A stretch of 64,000 nt of DNA from assembly GCF_035594765.1 (NCBI RefSeq), contig NW_026943819.1, positions 1,054,001-1,118,000 on the forward strand, in the 5' to 3' direction. The stretch comes from Anolis carolinensis (lineage: Eukaryota). Shown piece by piece: positions 54,850-64,000 of the stretch; the first letter of the stretch is position 1, and every line of letters begins with the position of its first letter. The position numbers were made by a program, and so were the translations under genes. A model generated the notes under the pieces. It was not told where the DNA came from, ran no database searches, and saw nothing but the letters and a program-made list of their open reading frames with translations.

Positions 54850-64000
<9,151 letters not shown>

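Overview
Vertebrate genomic DNA, most likely a squamate such as Anolis, judging by Sauria-SINE, R4/Dong, Penelope and hAT/Tc1 MITE content. The window has 7 N-gaps. Six spliced protein-coding genes can be reconstructed from splice sites and recalled homology: the last exon of APOA4 (+), ZPR1 (+, 14 exons, one U12-type intron), BUD13 (+, 11 exons), TAGLN/SM22 (+, 4 coding exons plus CArG promoter), PCSK7 (-, 15 coding exons, intact catalytic residues) and the 5' part of RNF214 (+). Introns are full of transposons, microsatellites and TE-derived tandem arrays, so most ORFs in the track are spurious. Most notable: (1) no APOA5 between APOA4 and ZPR1, but a dense liver-type DR1/HNF4/FOXA motif cluster sits there; (2) an inverted Penelope-derived insert with two hammerhead-ribozyme motifs in a PCSK7 intron; (3) BUD13 directly upstream of TAGLN, unlike the human order; (4) a templated inverted copy between hAT MITEs that builds long inverted repeats around RNF214 exons; (5) an array of ZNF143-like motifs at the PCSK7/RNF214 promoter. 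I cannot support a wholly new gene system; these are candidates to test. Gene and repeat-family assignments rest on recalled sequences, not database searches.
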